Below are positions 20,537 through 30,837 of a stretch of 64,000 nucleotides of DNA, one piece after another (the stretch's first letter is position 1; every line of letters starts with the position of its first letter). The position numbers were made by a program, and so were the translations under genes. The notes below the pieces were generated by a model. The model saw only the letters and a list, made by a program, of their open reading frames with translations, did not search any database and was not told where the DNA came from. The stretch is from a virus (Duplodnaviria; Caudoviricetes). The stretch covers positions 1 through 64,000 of the IMG/VR virus record IMGVR_UViG_3300032218_002273. One strand, 5' to 3'.

Positions 20537-20971
20537 CTAACTTCCAAATTTTTTAGCGTAGCCATCTATAAGCACAGCTTCGCCTTGGTTTTCTATGAGT
20601 ATATCGTAGAAAACAGTTGGTATACCTGTCAGTTTAACAGTTTTAATGAAGGGAGTCAATAGCTTGGCTGCATCTCGCTTGCATAATCGAGTAGTATGGT
20701 CGTATGGTTGGTTTGGACTCCACGCATATAGCCCATCTAGCGTCATAAACCTACAAGAGCTGGAGCAATACACTGTATCAAAGCAGGTTGTGGTCATTTC
20801 GTAACGAGGTAACGTGAGTTTCACTATAGAAGTAACCTTGGACATAGAATAATCCCCAGTTTCCTGATCAATAGTTCTTATATAGTCTCCAACTCTCAGA
20901 GCTTCAATACCTATTCTAGTGATTCCCTTGTTATATAACTTCCTCAATACAGTTGAACCCGATGGAATCAT
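20537..20971 (-). CDS. Stand-alone Hint-like domain lacking the N-terminal Cys
   Basis: MIPSGSTV...IEALRVGDYI...FYDILIE resembles Hint blocks A and F; GGAGA RBS precedes the ATG. Confidence 0.5.
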   Translation of the reverse strand: MIPSGSTVLRKLYNKGITRIGIEALRVGDYIRTIDQETGDYSMSKVTSIVKLTLPRYEMTTTCFDTVYCSSSCRFMTLDGLYAWSPNQPYDHTTRLCKRDAAKLLTPFIKTVKLTGIPTVFYDILIENQGEAVLIDGYAKKFGS

Positions 20972-21305
20972 TAATATTCTCCCTTAATCTACATTCTAAA
21001 CACATCCTAACCTTTCTATTATTAGGTAATAAGATATATGTATGCTCGTTACTACCACAATTCTTACAAGTTAAGATATCTTCAATTTGCTTAAGGCTTT
21101 TATCTGATAATCTAGTTAAGTCCTCAACAGATATGTCAGCTACCTTCTTATTTATAAATTCTCTAGACTTATCAAAAGCCTCTTGTAGAGTTTTTAGCTC
21201 AGATATTAATTTTCTTTTATCACTTTCTAACCTTCTTATTTTATCTTTTAGTTTTTGTGTAGTCTCATCTCTCGGCACTGTTTTGTGTTTTCTTCCCAAA
21301 ACCAT
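20931..21305 (-). CDS. Coiled-coil protein with C-terminal Zn ribbon
   Basis: CKNC...CLEC; AAAGGA RBS. Confidence 0.6.
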   Translation of the reverse strand: MVLGRKHKTVPRDETTQKLKDKIRRLESDKRKLISELKTLQEAFDKSREFINKKVADISVEDLTRLSDKSLKQIEDILTCKNCGSNEHTYILLPNNRKVRMCLECRLRENINDSIGFNCIEEVI

Positions 21306-21312
21306 TCCTTTG

Positions 21313-21960
21313 TTACATATACTTCACTTTAGTGTTGTACCACATATCTATCTCTATTTCAAGAAGTGATACGGTAGAATCGTTTACTACATATACGTCA
21401 TAATCATCTGTTAGCTGATTTAACTCAGATTCATGAGCTGTTGCAGCATTAAATTTTTCGCTCACAGAAGGTCTATCTACAAACATTTTTAAACCTCCTG
21501 CTTTTTTAATAGCATCTCGCTCATTCTGAAATCTAGCATCTGTAATAATTACATTACCTTCTATACTTTTTATTTTATTCATAGTTAGATCTAACCATAT
21601 AGACGGTTCAACCATATTGCGACACACATCAGTACCAATAAATATAAGAATCTTTCGAGGGGTTTCAAGCTCTTCTCCTAATAAAGAATTGAATTTTGAT
21701 GGTGTAACATCATATCCCAGTTGATTTAATTCAAAAGCCAAGTTAGCTGCCATAGCAGAGTCAAATGATAATATAGGGTCTAGAGTAGAATCTTTTAAAT
21801 CTACATCGTGGAAATAATTTAAAGCTATCTTAGTTACTTTGGAGCACATCTCTTTTAAGATATCTGCCATAGCGATTCTAGTAAATTTATGTTTTCTAAT
21901 TAATATATTTCCAATAGTATCTTTTCCTGATCCAGCCAAGCCACTAATGCTTATAATCAT
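21313..21960 (-). CDS. Deoxynucleoside monophosphate kinase
   Basis: IISISGLAGSGKDT P-loop, TPRKILIFIGTD, VIITDARFQNE. Confidence 0.9.
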   Translation of the reverse strand: MIISISGLAGSGKDTIGNILIRKHKFTRIAMADILKEMCSKVTKIALNYFHDVDLKDSTLDPILSFDSAMAANLAFELNQLGYDVTPSKFNSLLGEELETPRKILIFIGTDVCRNMVEPSIWLDLTMNKIKSIEGNVIITDARFQNERDAIKKAGGLKMFVDRPSVSEKFNAATAHESELNQLTDDYDVYVVNDSTVSLLEIEIDMWYNTKVKYM

Positions 21961-22316
21961 TATCTCTCCTTATGCAAGCATCTCATTAGAAAGTCGTGTA
22001 TCTCATTTGCCCATCTACCTATGTCCTCATAGTGATCCTCCAAAAGTTGAGCTATATGCTCTTCTCTGTCATCCGCAGTAGTTTCTACCATTCTATCAGT
22101 AGAGCTTGAAGTAACTAACATATGTAATACTTCGTGTCTAACTATTGAAATCTTAACAGGTCTTCGGGGAAAGAATACTTCCTTATCATCAGGATAAGTT
22201 ATCCCATAAGAGTTAGCGTCCATTTTATGTATTTTTTTGTAATAAGAAGGAGACTGTGAAAAAATTTTCCACCGCACATCTTTTATAGTTATTTCGAGAA
22301 CCTTAGCTCTACTCAT
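21960..22316 (-). CDS. Small HExxH metalloprotein
   Basis: IVRHEVLHML followed by EEHIA. Confidence 0.5.
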   Translation of the reverse strand: MSRAKVLEITIKDVRWKIFSQSPSYYKKIHKMDANSYGITYPDDKEVFFPRRPVKISIVRHEVLHMLVTSSSTDRMVETTADDREEHIAQLLEDHYEDIGRWANEIHDFLMRCLHKER

Positions 22317-22323
22317 AAGAAGT

Positions 22324-22352
22324 ATTTTACCCTACGTTAATACATAAGTCAA
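22324..22352 (-). promoter_or_regulatory. sigma70-type promoter
   Basis: TTGACT-N17-TAAAAT upstream of 22316. Confidence 0.65.
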
Positions 22353-22354
22353 TT

Positions 22355-23512
22355 TTATTCCAGACACACAGGAAAGCTATGGTAAAAAGGATCAGGTCTA
22401 TTTTCAGTTTCTATATAGTAGTTTATGGTTTGAGAAGCTTCTGAGTCATAACCATTGATTTCACTATAACCATCCTGCCCTGCAAGAGATGCGTTAACGA
22501 TAACCCTCCCTCTACCAAACATAGTCTTTTCGTGGAAGTGACCCATTCTAAAAAACTTAATAAGCTTACCTACTTGTTTACTACGTTTAGATAAATGAGC
22601 CTCACAAGCTTTTCTAGACACTCCACCTTTAACGTGATCTCCGTGCTCATATAAAACAGGAGCGCCATAAATACTCAGTACGTGATATACTCCATCTGGG
22701 ATTATGAATTGCACATTCTTAAATGATGCAAGCTGACACATATTTTCTAGCATCTTATAAATAATCCAAGTTAGGTTTTCTTTTCCAGGATCTTGATAGG
22801 TAGAGTGTTCTCCTGTTCTATCGTGATTACCTGTAACACAAACAAACGTACACGGCTTTCCAGTTGATACTATAGGCACAATATAATCTTGAAACAAAGA
22901 CTGAACAGCGTGGACTACTTGTTCACTATTTCCAAACTCAGATGCCCTTCTAGACTCTATACCATGAAAGTCAGAGTTTTCAATAATATCACCTCCTAAG
23001 AAGGTAATTATTTTTTCTACATTATACAAGCTAGAGTATCTGTCATGCTCAGATAATACAACAGAACCAAACTTCTTCATCCTTTCTTTAGCTACTTGAA
23101 TATTAAATGTCTTACTCTTCTTACCATAATGTAGATCTGTCAACATTACTTCCATAGTCATCTTACGTTTCTTTTTATCTTTAGTAGATTTTATAACTAC
23201 AGGTTTGGTAAACTTAGTATCTTTAATTAAGTCTTTGATCTCAGATAATAAATCCTGCCTTTTCTCAAGATAGTTTACAATATGAGCATTTTGTTTAACA
23301 ACCATGCTCTTAGTTTTTTTAGCACTAGCTTCCTTTTTTAAACTCTCTACCACAGGATCGGAAGCCTGCTCCAATCCCTCATATCTGTAAAATGCTTTTC
23401 TTAAAGCGTTAGCAGAATACTCTGGAAAGTGAGAAGTTAGTTCTTCCCAAGTCTTACCTTCTTGTCTTAACTTGATTAACTGTTTAATTTTATCTACTTT
23501 CCATTGTGCCAT
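22355..23512 (-). CDS. Calcineurin-like metallophosphoesterase with N-terminal HTH-like segment
   Basis: LTDLHYG, GGDIIE, GNHDR, HGDH and MGHFH motifs. Confidence 0.85.
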   Translation of the reverse strand: MAQWKVDKIKQLIKLRQEGKTWEELTSHFPEYSANALRKAFYRYEGLEQASDPVVESLKKEASAKKTKSMVVKQNAHIVNYLEKRQDLLSEIKDLIKDTKFTKPVVIKSTKDKKKRKMTMEVMLTDLHYGKKSKTFNIQVAKERMKKFGSVVLSEHDRYSSLYNVEKIITFLGGDIIENSDFHGIESRRASEFGNSEQVVHAVQSLFQDYIVPIVSTGKPCTFVCVTGNHDRTGEHSTYQDPGKENLTWIIYKMLENMCQLASFKNVQFIIPDGVYHVLSIYGAPVLYEHGDHVKGGVSRKACEAHLSKRSKQVGKLIKFFRMGHFHEKTMFGRGRVIVNASLAGQDGYSEINGYDSEASQTINYYIETENRPDPFYHSFPVCLE

Positions 23513-23519
23513 ATATAAC

Positions 23520-24301
23520 CTACTGTAAAATATTACTTCTAGTATCTTTACTCAGATACATTCTAATTGTTAATACTATCATTTGTTCCAATAAGATTTC
23601 AGCATCTAAGTCCATCGAAGGCATATTAAGTCTCTGTTTTAACTCTTCTGCAATTTCTGCCACAGCAACTTTATCTACAACACCTTCTAGACAGTCAATT
23701 GGCTTATGCTCTTTTGATGGACTCTTACTCACTTATTTCTTACCTTATCAAATATAGCTTTAGCTTTATTCTCACCTAGCAAAACCTTAGCTTGCTTTAC
23801 AGTTTCAATATCATCAGACTTATCTCCAGAATAAAATCTACCTAAAACTTTCTCTGCCTCCGTCTTGCCTAATTTCTTAGCTTTGGAAGCAATCTTCTTT
23901 TTTGCTTTAGCTGGAGCTTCATCTTCAAATGCCTCTTGTCTATTAATACTTTCTGTAATCTCTTCAATAAGATCTTTATTCTCTTCTAATTCTTTTTTTC
24001 TTTTTTCTTCATGTTCATCAAAAGCTATGATGATTTTATTTAATCTTTCTTTCCCCATAGCTCTTTCAATTCTTTCATACAGTAAACCTGTTAAATCTTC
24101 TCTTTGATATTGTAGAACACTAACTAAGGTCTGCTCTGCTCTGAATACATCAAAGTCAACTCTAGCCGCTAATACTTGAGATTTAAAAAATTGTCCACGC
24201 TTTAGTATTTCAAGCGCATACATTTTCCCATCTACTTCAATAAATAAATCATTGTCTCCATCAAGATCTGCAATCTTTTCTTTTAACTCCGATACCTTCA
24301 T
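23520..24301 (-). other. Two hypothetical genes (23520-23732, 23729-24301)
   Basis: Coupled ORFs with RBSs; no family recognised. Confidence 0.6.
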
Positions 24302-24450
24302 TATCTATCTCCTTGTGTTTCAATTCTAACTATATCGCAATCATTTTGCTTATCGCAAATGATAATTGATTTATCTCTCTTTGTCACTGATTTTGTATTA
24401 GATGTGCATGAAATAACAAACATTGCAATTAGTACTAGTAATAGTTTCAT
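24301..24450 (-). CDS. Small lipoprotein (49 aa, not in ORF track)
   Basis: MKLLLVLIAMFVISCTSN lipobox; GGAGG RBS; sigma70 promoter upstream. Confidence 0.65.
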   Translation of the reverse strand: MKLLLVLIAMFVISCTSNTKSVTKRDKSIIICDKQNDCDIVRIETQGDR

Positions 24451-24466
24451 AAATCCTCCGATTAAA

Positions 24467-24495
24467 AATATATACTAAAAATAAAACACTGTCAA
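24467..24495 (-). promoter_or_regulatory. sigma70-type promoter
   Basis: TTGACA-N17-TATATT. Confidence 0.7.
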
Positions 24496-24496
24496 A

Positions 24497-24763
24497 TTAA
24501 AAGGGAACCCCGTCATCGTCATCATAGTATAAGTCATTATCTTCTAAGTCCTCCTCTGTCTCGTCTGTATCCTGCATTAATATATGTTTTCTATACCATA
24601 CAGGTTGTTCTTCCGCTTGATCCTCAGTTCTGACTTTAACATCAAAAGCTTTACAACAAGTAGTACAAAAAACCCTACCATTCTTAGCAGCAAAATCTTT
24701 ATCCGTTTTGACTTTGTAATTACAAAAAGGACATTGTAAGTCTATAGGATTCTTATACCGCAT
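24497..24763 (-). CDS. Zn-ribbon protein with acidic tail
   Basis: CPFC...CTTC; D/E-rich C-terminus. Confidence 0.6.
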   Translation of the reverse strand: MRYKNPIDLQCPFCNYKVKTDKDFAAKNGRVFCTTCCKAFDVKVRTEDQAEEQPVWYRKHILMQDTDETEEDLEDNDLYYDDDDGVPF

Positions 24764-25586
24764 TTAATTCCTTATACAGATCAAAAAAGATTTTATACTT
24801 TTTTAACTCTTGTATATCTAAGCTAAGTCGTTCCAAGTCTTGAGAGAGTATCTCTGACCTAATGTACTCTGTACGAAGAACGCTTTGAATAAGATCTGAA
24901 TCGCATAATTTAGTTTTTATTTTTTCAGCTAAGTCTGCACTATATCCTTCTATAAGTAAATTCACTTGAGGTACATCTATTTTATATGCTATGACAATAG
25001 CGCAATCTCCTGCCCCAAAGTTTTCAATAATCTCTACATTGTCCGCATCTGTATTTAATTTTATTAATTTTTGTAATTCAGAAATAGATGTAGCCATTAG
25101 AACTCCTTTGTAAATTTTACAGCCAATACGTCAGGCTTAAATTCTATGTAGTATCTTATATCCTTACGCTTAATTTGTACACTTAATTTTTTAGTGTTTA
25201 AAATTTTATAAAATATAGACATAGATGTTATAGTCTTTTCATCAATTTTATTAATAATATAATCTTCCAAATTATCCTTATACCGCCTAGCTGTATTGTA
25301 AGACATAGTAGCTTTGTAGATTTTATCCATATCTACTCCTGCAAAACAAGTCATAGGTAATAATATAATTAATAATTTAATCATCTGATTGAAAAGCGGA
25401 CTGCTTCCTTCTCTCAGACTCTTTTCTTCTAGCTAATTCTTCTTCCGTCTTTCTTTGTTTTTCATCAAATATCTGACTATCTCTTTTATAGATGTCATTA
25501 CTTTCTGATTCGTCGCTATTCAGATTTTTTTCAAAGTCAAAAGAATTTCTGGCTTTTTCTAGTAACTCTCTTAGTTTATCAAACAT
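24753..25586 (-). other. Three hypothetical genes (24753-25097, 25097-25384, 25377-25586)
   Basis: Coupled ORFs downstream of the polymerase; the middle one has a signal-peptide-like start. Confidence 0.55.
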
Positions 25587-27905
25587 CTAATGCCCCTCTC
25601 TTAAATTGTTAGCTACCTCTGGTTTAGCAATAAGCTTCATAGCTAACTTGCTAGTATTCTCCATGCAATCTTGAACTATCTCTTTTACTCTGTCAATACA
25701 ATTCTTATTACAAGACACTACAACTTGGTCGTGAATTTGTAGACTAACCCAAGCATCTAACCCTTCTTCTCTAAATTTATAAGACATAGCTATCATAGCT
25801 CTGTTAACGATAGAAGTTGCAGCAGCTTGAATAGGAAAGTTTAATGCGTTATTAAGTAGGTTATTATATTCCTTTCTAACATCTTTTAGTGTAGCAATAG
25901 GGGTAAAGGTCTTAGTTGAGATTCTTCTTAAGTTCTCATAATCTAATATACTATCTCCATATTTATTATGTATTTCTTTCACTCTAGGTAAGTGTCTTAT
26001 TCTACCATACTTACTAACTACTCTACCATTAAGTTTTGCTTGAGCTAGGTAATTATCCATAGCACTCTTTAATCCTGGAAAGTTTTTAAAGTAATTGTCA
26101 ATCTTATCTTGAGCCTCTTCCTTAGATATGTTTAAAGCCATAGATAACTTACCAGCTTTCATACCATAACGAATACCTAACGAGTAAGCTTTAGCATTTT
26201 GTCTTACCTCTGGATGTAAGTTCTTTAAAAAATTAGGATCTTTCTTATGGGCAGAGACTCCCTTTAATCCTTCTGTACTTATAGCTACCTTACTATAAAA
26301 GTCCTCTCCTAATTCAAAAATATCAATAAGAGCCTGATCTCCTGCATCATCAGCAAAGACTCTTGGTTCAAGAGATTCATAGTCGTCATCAATAAACACA
26401 TACCCATCTTTTGGTATAATCAATTCTCTTAGCGTATTGGTATAGAATACAACTCTAGGATCATCAGCACCATCTTCAAGAGGTCTACTGAGTTGTTGCA
26501 TGTCAGAGCCATATCTCCCAGAAGTGGTGCCATGTTGCTTGAACATAGGAAAAAAGACACCGCTCTCCTGAGAGTTTAAGAATCTTTCATAATAACTTCC
26601 TTTAATCTTTGTAAGCTTATTATATACTCTGAGTTCTTTTGCCCAAGCAAAACCTTGTTCAGCTAAGTGTTCTATGAAATCCTCATTAAATTGCCCTGCA
26701 CCTTTCTCTGTTCTAGTTAAAGGAGCAATACCCATAAGGTCAAAAACAATAGTACCAAGCTGTTGTTTAGAACTAATGTTAATCAAAGCATCAGTACCAT
26801 CTTTAGCTTGTAATAAACTTAATTGTATCTCACGTATCTCATCCTCAAATAGAATGTTAGAATCCCCAATTTCAAGAAAACAAATAGCTTGTACTTGTCT
26901 AGAACTAAGATCAACTTGCTTTCCTATTGCTTGTAGGGTTTTTTTATTTATCTGAAATTTACCTGTCTCAGTAGTAGGGAGCGAAAGATTAAAGTGTTTA
27001 GCTACTTCTTGAGCAAAGCTACCTTTATTACTAGGAGGCACTTCTTCTTTAAGTCTCAACTCTACAAACTCTCTTCCCTCTTTCGTAGCCATAAGTGCAA
27101 GCACTACATTAATTTCAATAGTATTTAAATCCTCATTGATCTTTTTGTATAGGGATTCTAATCTTGGCATATCTAAGCACACGCCTTCATGCTCCATTAG
27201 AATAGTAACAAACTTATATAAAGGCATAACTTCTTCTTCATAAAAAAAAGATAGTAAGTTTTGTTTCTCTAATTCTTTTTGAAAATAATTAAACAATCTT
27301 AATGTCAGATCAGTATCAGCACAAGCATAAGTAGCTAGTATATCTAAGTCGGCCTTATACATTTCTTTATTAGCTTTAGTCCAACTCCCACCTTTTGCTT
27401 TTACATTTTGTTCTAATAGTATCTGTTCTTGATTAGCTACTTCTTCTTCTGATATACCAATCTTAGTAGCCAACTCTACTGCTATATCCTTTAATCCAAA
27501 AGGCCCCTCTTCATTCAGAGTATGTCGCATAAGCATTGTATCAGCGTATAAACTATCTATCAAATCTACACCTAACATGTTAAACACCACTCTAGTATCA
27601 AAAGAAGCGTTGTGCATAATTAGTTTCTTTTTAGATAAAGCTTCTAGTATCGGTTTATATGAACAAGGAGCACAAATCTGCATAGCATCGTGCTGTTCGT
27701 TGTATTTCATAATAGGAAAATAAAAGCCTTTGTTTACTTCGGTACTAAAAGAAAATCCTATAACATCATCTTTACGTACATTTAATCCCATTGTCTCTGT
27801 ATCAAAAGCTACAACATCAGCTAAGTTGATATGCCTTAAAGCAATCTCAGCATCTACCTTATCTTCAATTAAGTAATATACTTTTTTATTGTCCAGCGAT
27901 TTCAT
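25587..27905 (-). CDS. polA: Family A DNA polymerase with 3'-5' exonuclease
   Basis: ExoI AFDTETMG, MHNASFD, YACADTD; motif A DDDYESLEPRV; motif B AKAYSLGIRYG; motif C QIHDQ. Likely start MKSLD at 27905 (track extends to 27941). Confidence 0.95.
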   Translation of the reverse strand: MKSLDNKKVYYLIEDKVDAEIALRHINLADVVAFDTETMGLNVRKDDVIGFSFSTEVNKGFYFPIMKYNEQHDAMQICAPCSYKPILEALSKKKLIMHNASFDTRVVFNMLGVDLIDSLYADTMLMRHTLNEEGPFGLKDIAVELATKIGISEEEVANQEQILLEQNVKAKGGSWTKANKEMYKADLDILATYACADTDLTLRLFNYFQKELEKQNLLSFFYEEEVMPLYKFVTILMEHEGVCLDMPRLESLYKKINEDLNTIEINVVLALMATKEGREFVELRLKEEVPPSNKGSFAQEVAKHFNLSLPTTETGKFQINKKTLQAIGKQVDLSSRQVQAICFLEIGDSNILFEDEIREIQLSLLQAKDGTDALINISSKQQLGTIVFDLMGIAPLTRTEKGAGQFNEDFIEHLAEQGFAWAKELRVYNKLTKIKGSYYERFLNSQESGVFFPMFKQHGTTSGRYGSDMQQLSRPLEDGADDPRVVFYTNTLRELIIPKDGYVFIDDDYESLEPRVFADDAGDQALIDIFELGEDFYSKVAISTEGLKGVSAHKKDPNFLKNLHPEVRQNAKAYSLGIRYGMKAGKLSMALNISKEEAQDKIDNYFKNFPGLKSAMDNYLAQAKLNGRVVSKYGRIRHLPRVKEIHNKYGDSILDYENLRRISTKTFTPIATLKDVRKEYNNLLNNALNFPIQAAATSIVNRAMIAMSYKFREEGLDAWVSLQIHDQVVVSCNKNCIDRVKEIVQDCMENTSKLAMKLIAKPEVANNLREGH

Positions 27906-28131
27906 CTTTCTTAGCCTCCATAAACCTGATGATAGCATCAACGTCAGCTTCAGTCAAAGCCTTTTTACACGTGCCTCCAATAGGATATAAGTACATCTCT
28001 TCCTTTAATAATTTTAATGTTCTGATAATACCTATCCAGTATATCCTATTTATTTCTTTCTCGGTATATGGTTGATGATACTGAGCTGTAGTATGAAACT
28101 CATTAAGCGTTCTAAGTAATTCATCTCTCAT
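27886..28131 (-). CDS. Hypothetical protein
   Basis: 81-aa ORF coupled to its neighbours. Confidence 0.55.
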   Translation of the reverse strand: MRDELLRTLNEFHTTAQYHQPYTEKEINRIYWIGIIRTLKLLKEEMYLYPIGGTCKKALTEADVDAIIRFMEAKKDEIAGQ

Positions 28132-28571
28132 TTAATTCCTTCTATTATTTTAATTAAATCTTTCTTAGCAACTTTTATATTAGACTTAAGCAAGTTTAAT
28201 ACCGTTTGCAATCTAGCTTCTACAGATCTATGAGTTTTAGTTTTCTTAGCTCTAACCTTACCTGTTCTCTTTTTAATGTTCTGCCTTCTAGTAAGCCATT
28301 CTAAGTTATCAACTCGATTATTCTTTTTATTACCATCAATATGATTAACAGTATCTCTCTTCTTAGCGTTAGGAATGAAAGCTTCTGCGACTAAGCGATG
28401 AACTTTCTTTGTAGTAAGTATGCCATTCTTAGATAGATTAACTTGTAGATACCCATCTCTATCCTTTCTAGGTTTTAGTTTTCTAGGTTTTCCTTTAGGT
28501 AAAACTCTGTATACATTTCCTTCCGAGCATACAGCATACTCTTTAAACCCCCTCACCACTTTAAGTTTCAT
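28128..28571 (-). CDS. NUMOD4-HNH homing endonuclease-like protein
   Basis: YAVCSEGNV...GYLQVNL...VHRLVAEAFIPN...VNHIDGNKKNNRVDNLEW. Confidence 0.9.
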   Translation of the reverse strand: MKLKVVRGFKEYAVCSEGNVYRVLPKGKPRKLKPRKDRDGYLQVNLSKNGILTTKKVHRLVAEAFIPNAKKRDTVNHIDGNKKNNRVDNLEWLTRRQNIKKRTGKVRAKKTKTHRSVEARLQTVLNLLKSNIKVAKKDLIKIIEGIK

Positions 28572-28873
28572 AAAACACTCCTACTCTTCTTAACCAACTT
28601 TAAATCTTCGGGATCATAATACGCACTAGTCCATCCTAAAATAGGTGAGAAGAAATAAACTCTAACAGCATCGCTATACCCTTTTCCAATAACTATCCCT
28701 TCCTTTTCCCCACTCTCAAAACCAATTTGATAGTGAACAAACTCAACAAACTCTCTACTACCAAAACCTACATAAGGTCTTTCAAATGCTCTAATACATT
28801 CTTCGGTGCCGTAAAAATATTTAATGGCTTCTTGTTTTAAATAAACAATATCTCCACTCTTAAATTTGTTCAT
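28568..28873 (-). CDS. Hypothetical protein
   Basis: FKSGDIVYL...DLKLV pattern of small SH3/KOW-like phage proteins. Confidence 0.5.
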   Translation of the reverse strand: MNKFKSGDIVYLKQEAIKYFYGTEECIRAFERPYVGFGSREFVEFVHYQIGFESGEKEGIVIGKGYSDAVRVYFFSPILGWTSAYYDPEDLKLVKKSRSVL

Positions 28874-30837
28874 TAGAAACCTCTCCTGTTATCATCCTCG
28901 TCCTCATCTTCTTCAAGCCTAGCTCTTAAGTTCTGAAGGTTTACTCTCTGAGCAGGAGTGAGTTCAGCAATAGTACCCGACACTCCTTCCCACGCATAGT
29001 CTAAACTAAACATAGCACCATGTCTATTCTTCAAACAATCCACAGAATAATATAGATCATCTTCAAATGATCTAGGGTTAGCCCCCGGTCTATGAATCCA
29101 TAGTACGGCATTAGCAAGCTCTGCAACAGCACCGCTACCTTTGATTGCCGCATAACTTTCTACAGGCTTATTAACCTTTTGATTAGCTTTGTTAGGTTGT
29201 GATAGTACTACAACACACTTACGCAAAGAAGTAGCAATCTCTTTTAGCCCTTGAATAACCGCCATAGATTTCTGTGTAGGGTCAGAGAAGTCAGCTTGAA
29301 CTAAGTCTAGATAATCTACTAGCACTAACTTTAATTCAACTCCAGTAACTCTTTCAGTCTCTATGATTCTATTCTTCATAGCTTCAACAGTCATACCTGA
29401 CGATCTAATAAAGTAAACATTAGCATAGTTCTTGTCTAGAGTAGTATCAAACTCTTTACACTTCTCAGGATCTTTACTATCCTCGAATACAACTTTAGCT
29501 TGCTTCTTAGTATGCTTCTGAATTAACTTTTGATAAACATCTTCTAGCCCCATATCAAATGAAAAGAACATTGAAGGTATATCTTGTAGTGAAGTGTTGT
29601 TTAGAATCTGTAATCCTAACGAAGACTTACCTGATCCTGGTGATCCACCAATAACATACACTCTACCTATCATAGCCATTAAGCTTTCATCTAAACTCTT
29701 AATACCAAACTTGAGAATGTTCTTATCAATGTTGGCAGCAAACTCTTTAAACAGTCCGCTAGTTTGTTTAATAGTAAGAACATCATCTCTCTTAGTTGCG
29801 GCTGATGGAGGAACAAGCAAAGCCAGTCTCATTAGTAGCTCGTCTGTCTTTTCAGAGTATGTTCCCCCTTGCCAAGTAGATGAGTATACTTGCTTGATAA
29901 TATTATTCCATATCTCATTCTTAGGAAACTTATCATCTCCAGTTCTGAGAGATTGTTTATCAGACGCACTCTTTAATAAATAGTAAGCCTTGTTGTCGTC
30001 AAACCCTAATGATTTATAAGTAGATGCTAGTATCATTAAGGCATGACTTCTTTCCCCATTCTCAAAGAATCCCATCTCTAAGAGCCATTTAGAATAAGAT
30101 AAATCTCTAGGTTTAGTAGACCAATCTAGCTGATCTAAGTCATAGCTAGTAGCTACTTGAGATACCTTTACTTCGGGAGTTTTATCCTTTAATAGTAATA
30201 ACTTTCCTTTAAGGGTAGTTGGTTTCCAGTAATCTTTTATATCATCATAAGATATAGATTCCTTTGCCAACTCTTTGATCTCTTGTATATTAGTAGATTT
30301 AATATCTTCTACAGTAAGAGGGTATTTAAATAACCCACTCTTATCATGCTTAGTGCATGGCATGCGAAGGATTCTAGTAGCGTTGTAGATAACTCTATCA
30401 ACTGTATTCAAACCCTCTGCAAGATTCAAGCATACATTCTTAGCTTGAGCTGGAGTAAGCTCTTCGTTAATATCCATACTTACTTCAAATCCCTTATTGC
30501 CTGAGAAGAAAACTTTAATGTTCTCTTTTGAATAACCTTGAGTTTGTAATCTATCAATTAAAGATATGGCTTCTTCTCTTGCCAACTCAGGATTATCCTC
30601 TGGCTTCTTAGGAGTGAAGTCAAAATCCCATACTAACTTATTAGTAGTTACATCAGTGATACCTGCGATAGAACCAACTTCATCAAATCTTTTCTTATGC
30701 TCCTCATTAAATTTAAAGATAGATAGGTAGTAATCTTTATTAGGCTTTAAGGTTTTATATACCTGACTTAAATCAGTTGTAGCAGGGATAAGAGTTCCCT
30801 TATCGCTAGTGCCTTCTGTTAATCTATAGTATTGCAT
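28873..30837 (-). CDS. Primase-helicase (AEP-type primase fused to DnaB-like helicase)
   Basis: N-terminal VWDFDF, FSGNKGF and RILRMP; C-terminal GGSPGSGKS (Walker A), VLVDYLD (Walker B), LSQPN and KNRHG. Confidence 0.85.
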   Translation of the reverse strand: MQYYRLTEGTSDKGTLIPATTDLSQVYKTLKPNKDYYLSIFKFNEEHKKRFDEVGSIAGITDVTTNKLVWDFDFTPKKPEDNPELAREEAISLIDRLQTQGYSKENIKVFFSGNKGFEVSMDINEELTPAQAKNVCLNLAEGLNTVDRVIYNATRILRMPCTKHDKSGLFKYPLTVEDIKSTNIQEIKELAKESISYDDIKDYWKPTTLKGKLLLLKDKTPEVKVSQVATSYDLDQLDWSTKPRDLSYSKWLLEMGFFENGERSHALMILASTYKSLGFDDNKAYYLLKSASDKQSLRTGDDKFPKNEIWNNIIKQVYSSTWQGGTYSEKTDELLMRLALLVPPSAATKRDDVLTIKQTSGLFKEFAANIDKNILKFGIKSLDESLMAMIGRVYVIGGSPGSGKSSLGLQILNNTSLQDIPSMFFSFDMGLEDVYQKLIQKHTKKQAKVVFEDSKDPEKCKEFDTTLDKNYANVYFIRSSGMTVEAMKNRIIETERVTGVELKLVLVDYLDLVQADFSDPTQKSMAVIQGLKEIATSLRKCVVVLSQPNKANQKVNKPVESYAAIKGSGAVAELANAVLWIHRPGANPRSFEDDLYYSVDCLKNRHGAMFSLDYAWEGVSGTIAELTPAQRVNLQNLRARLEEDEDEDDNRRGF

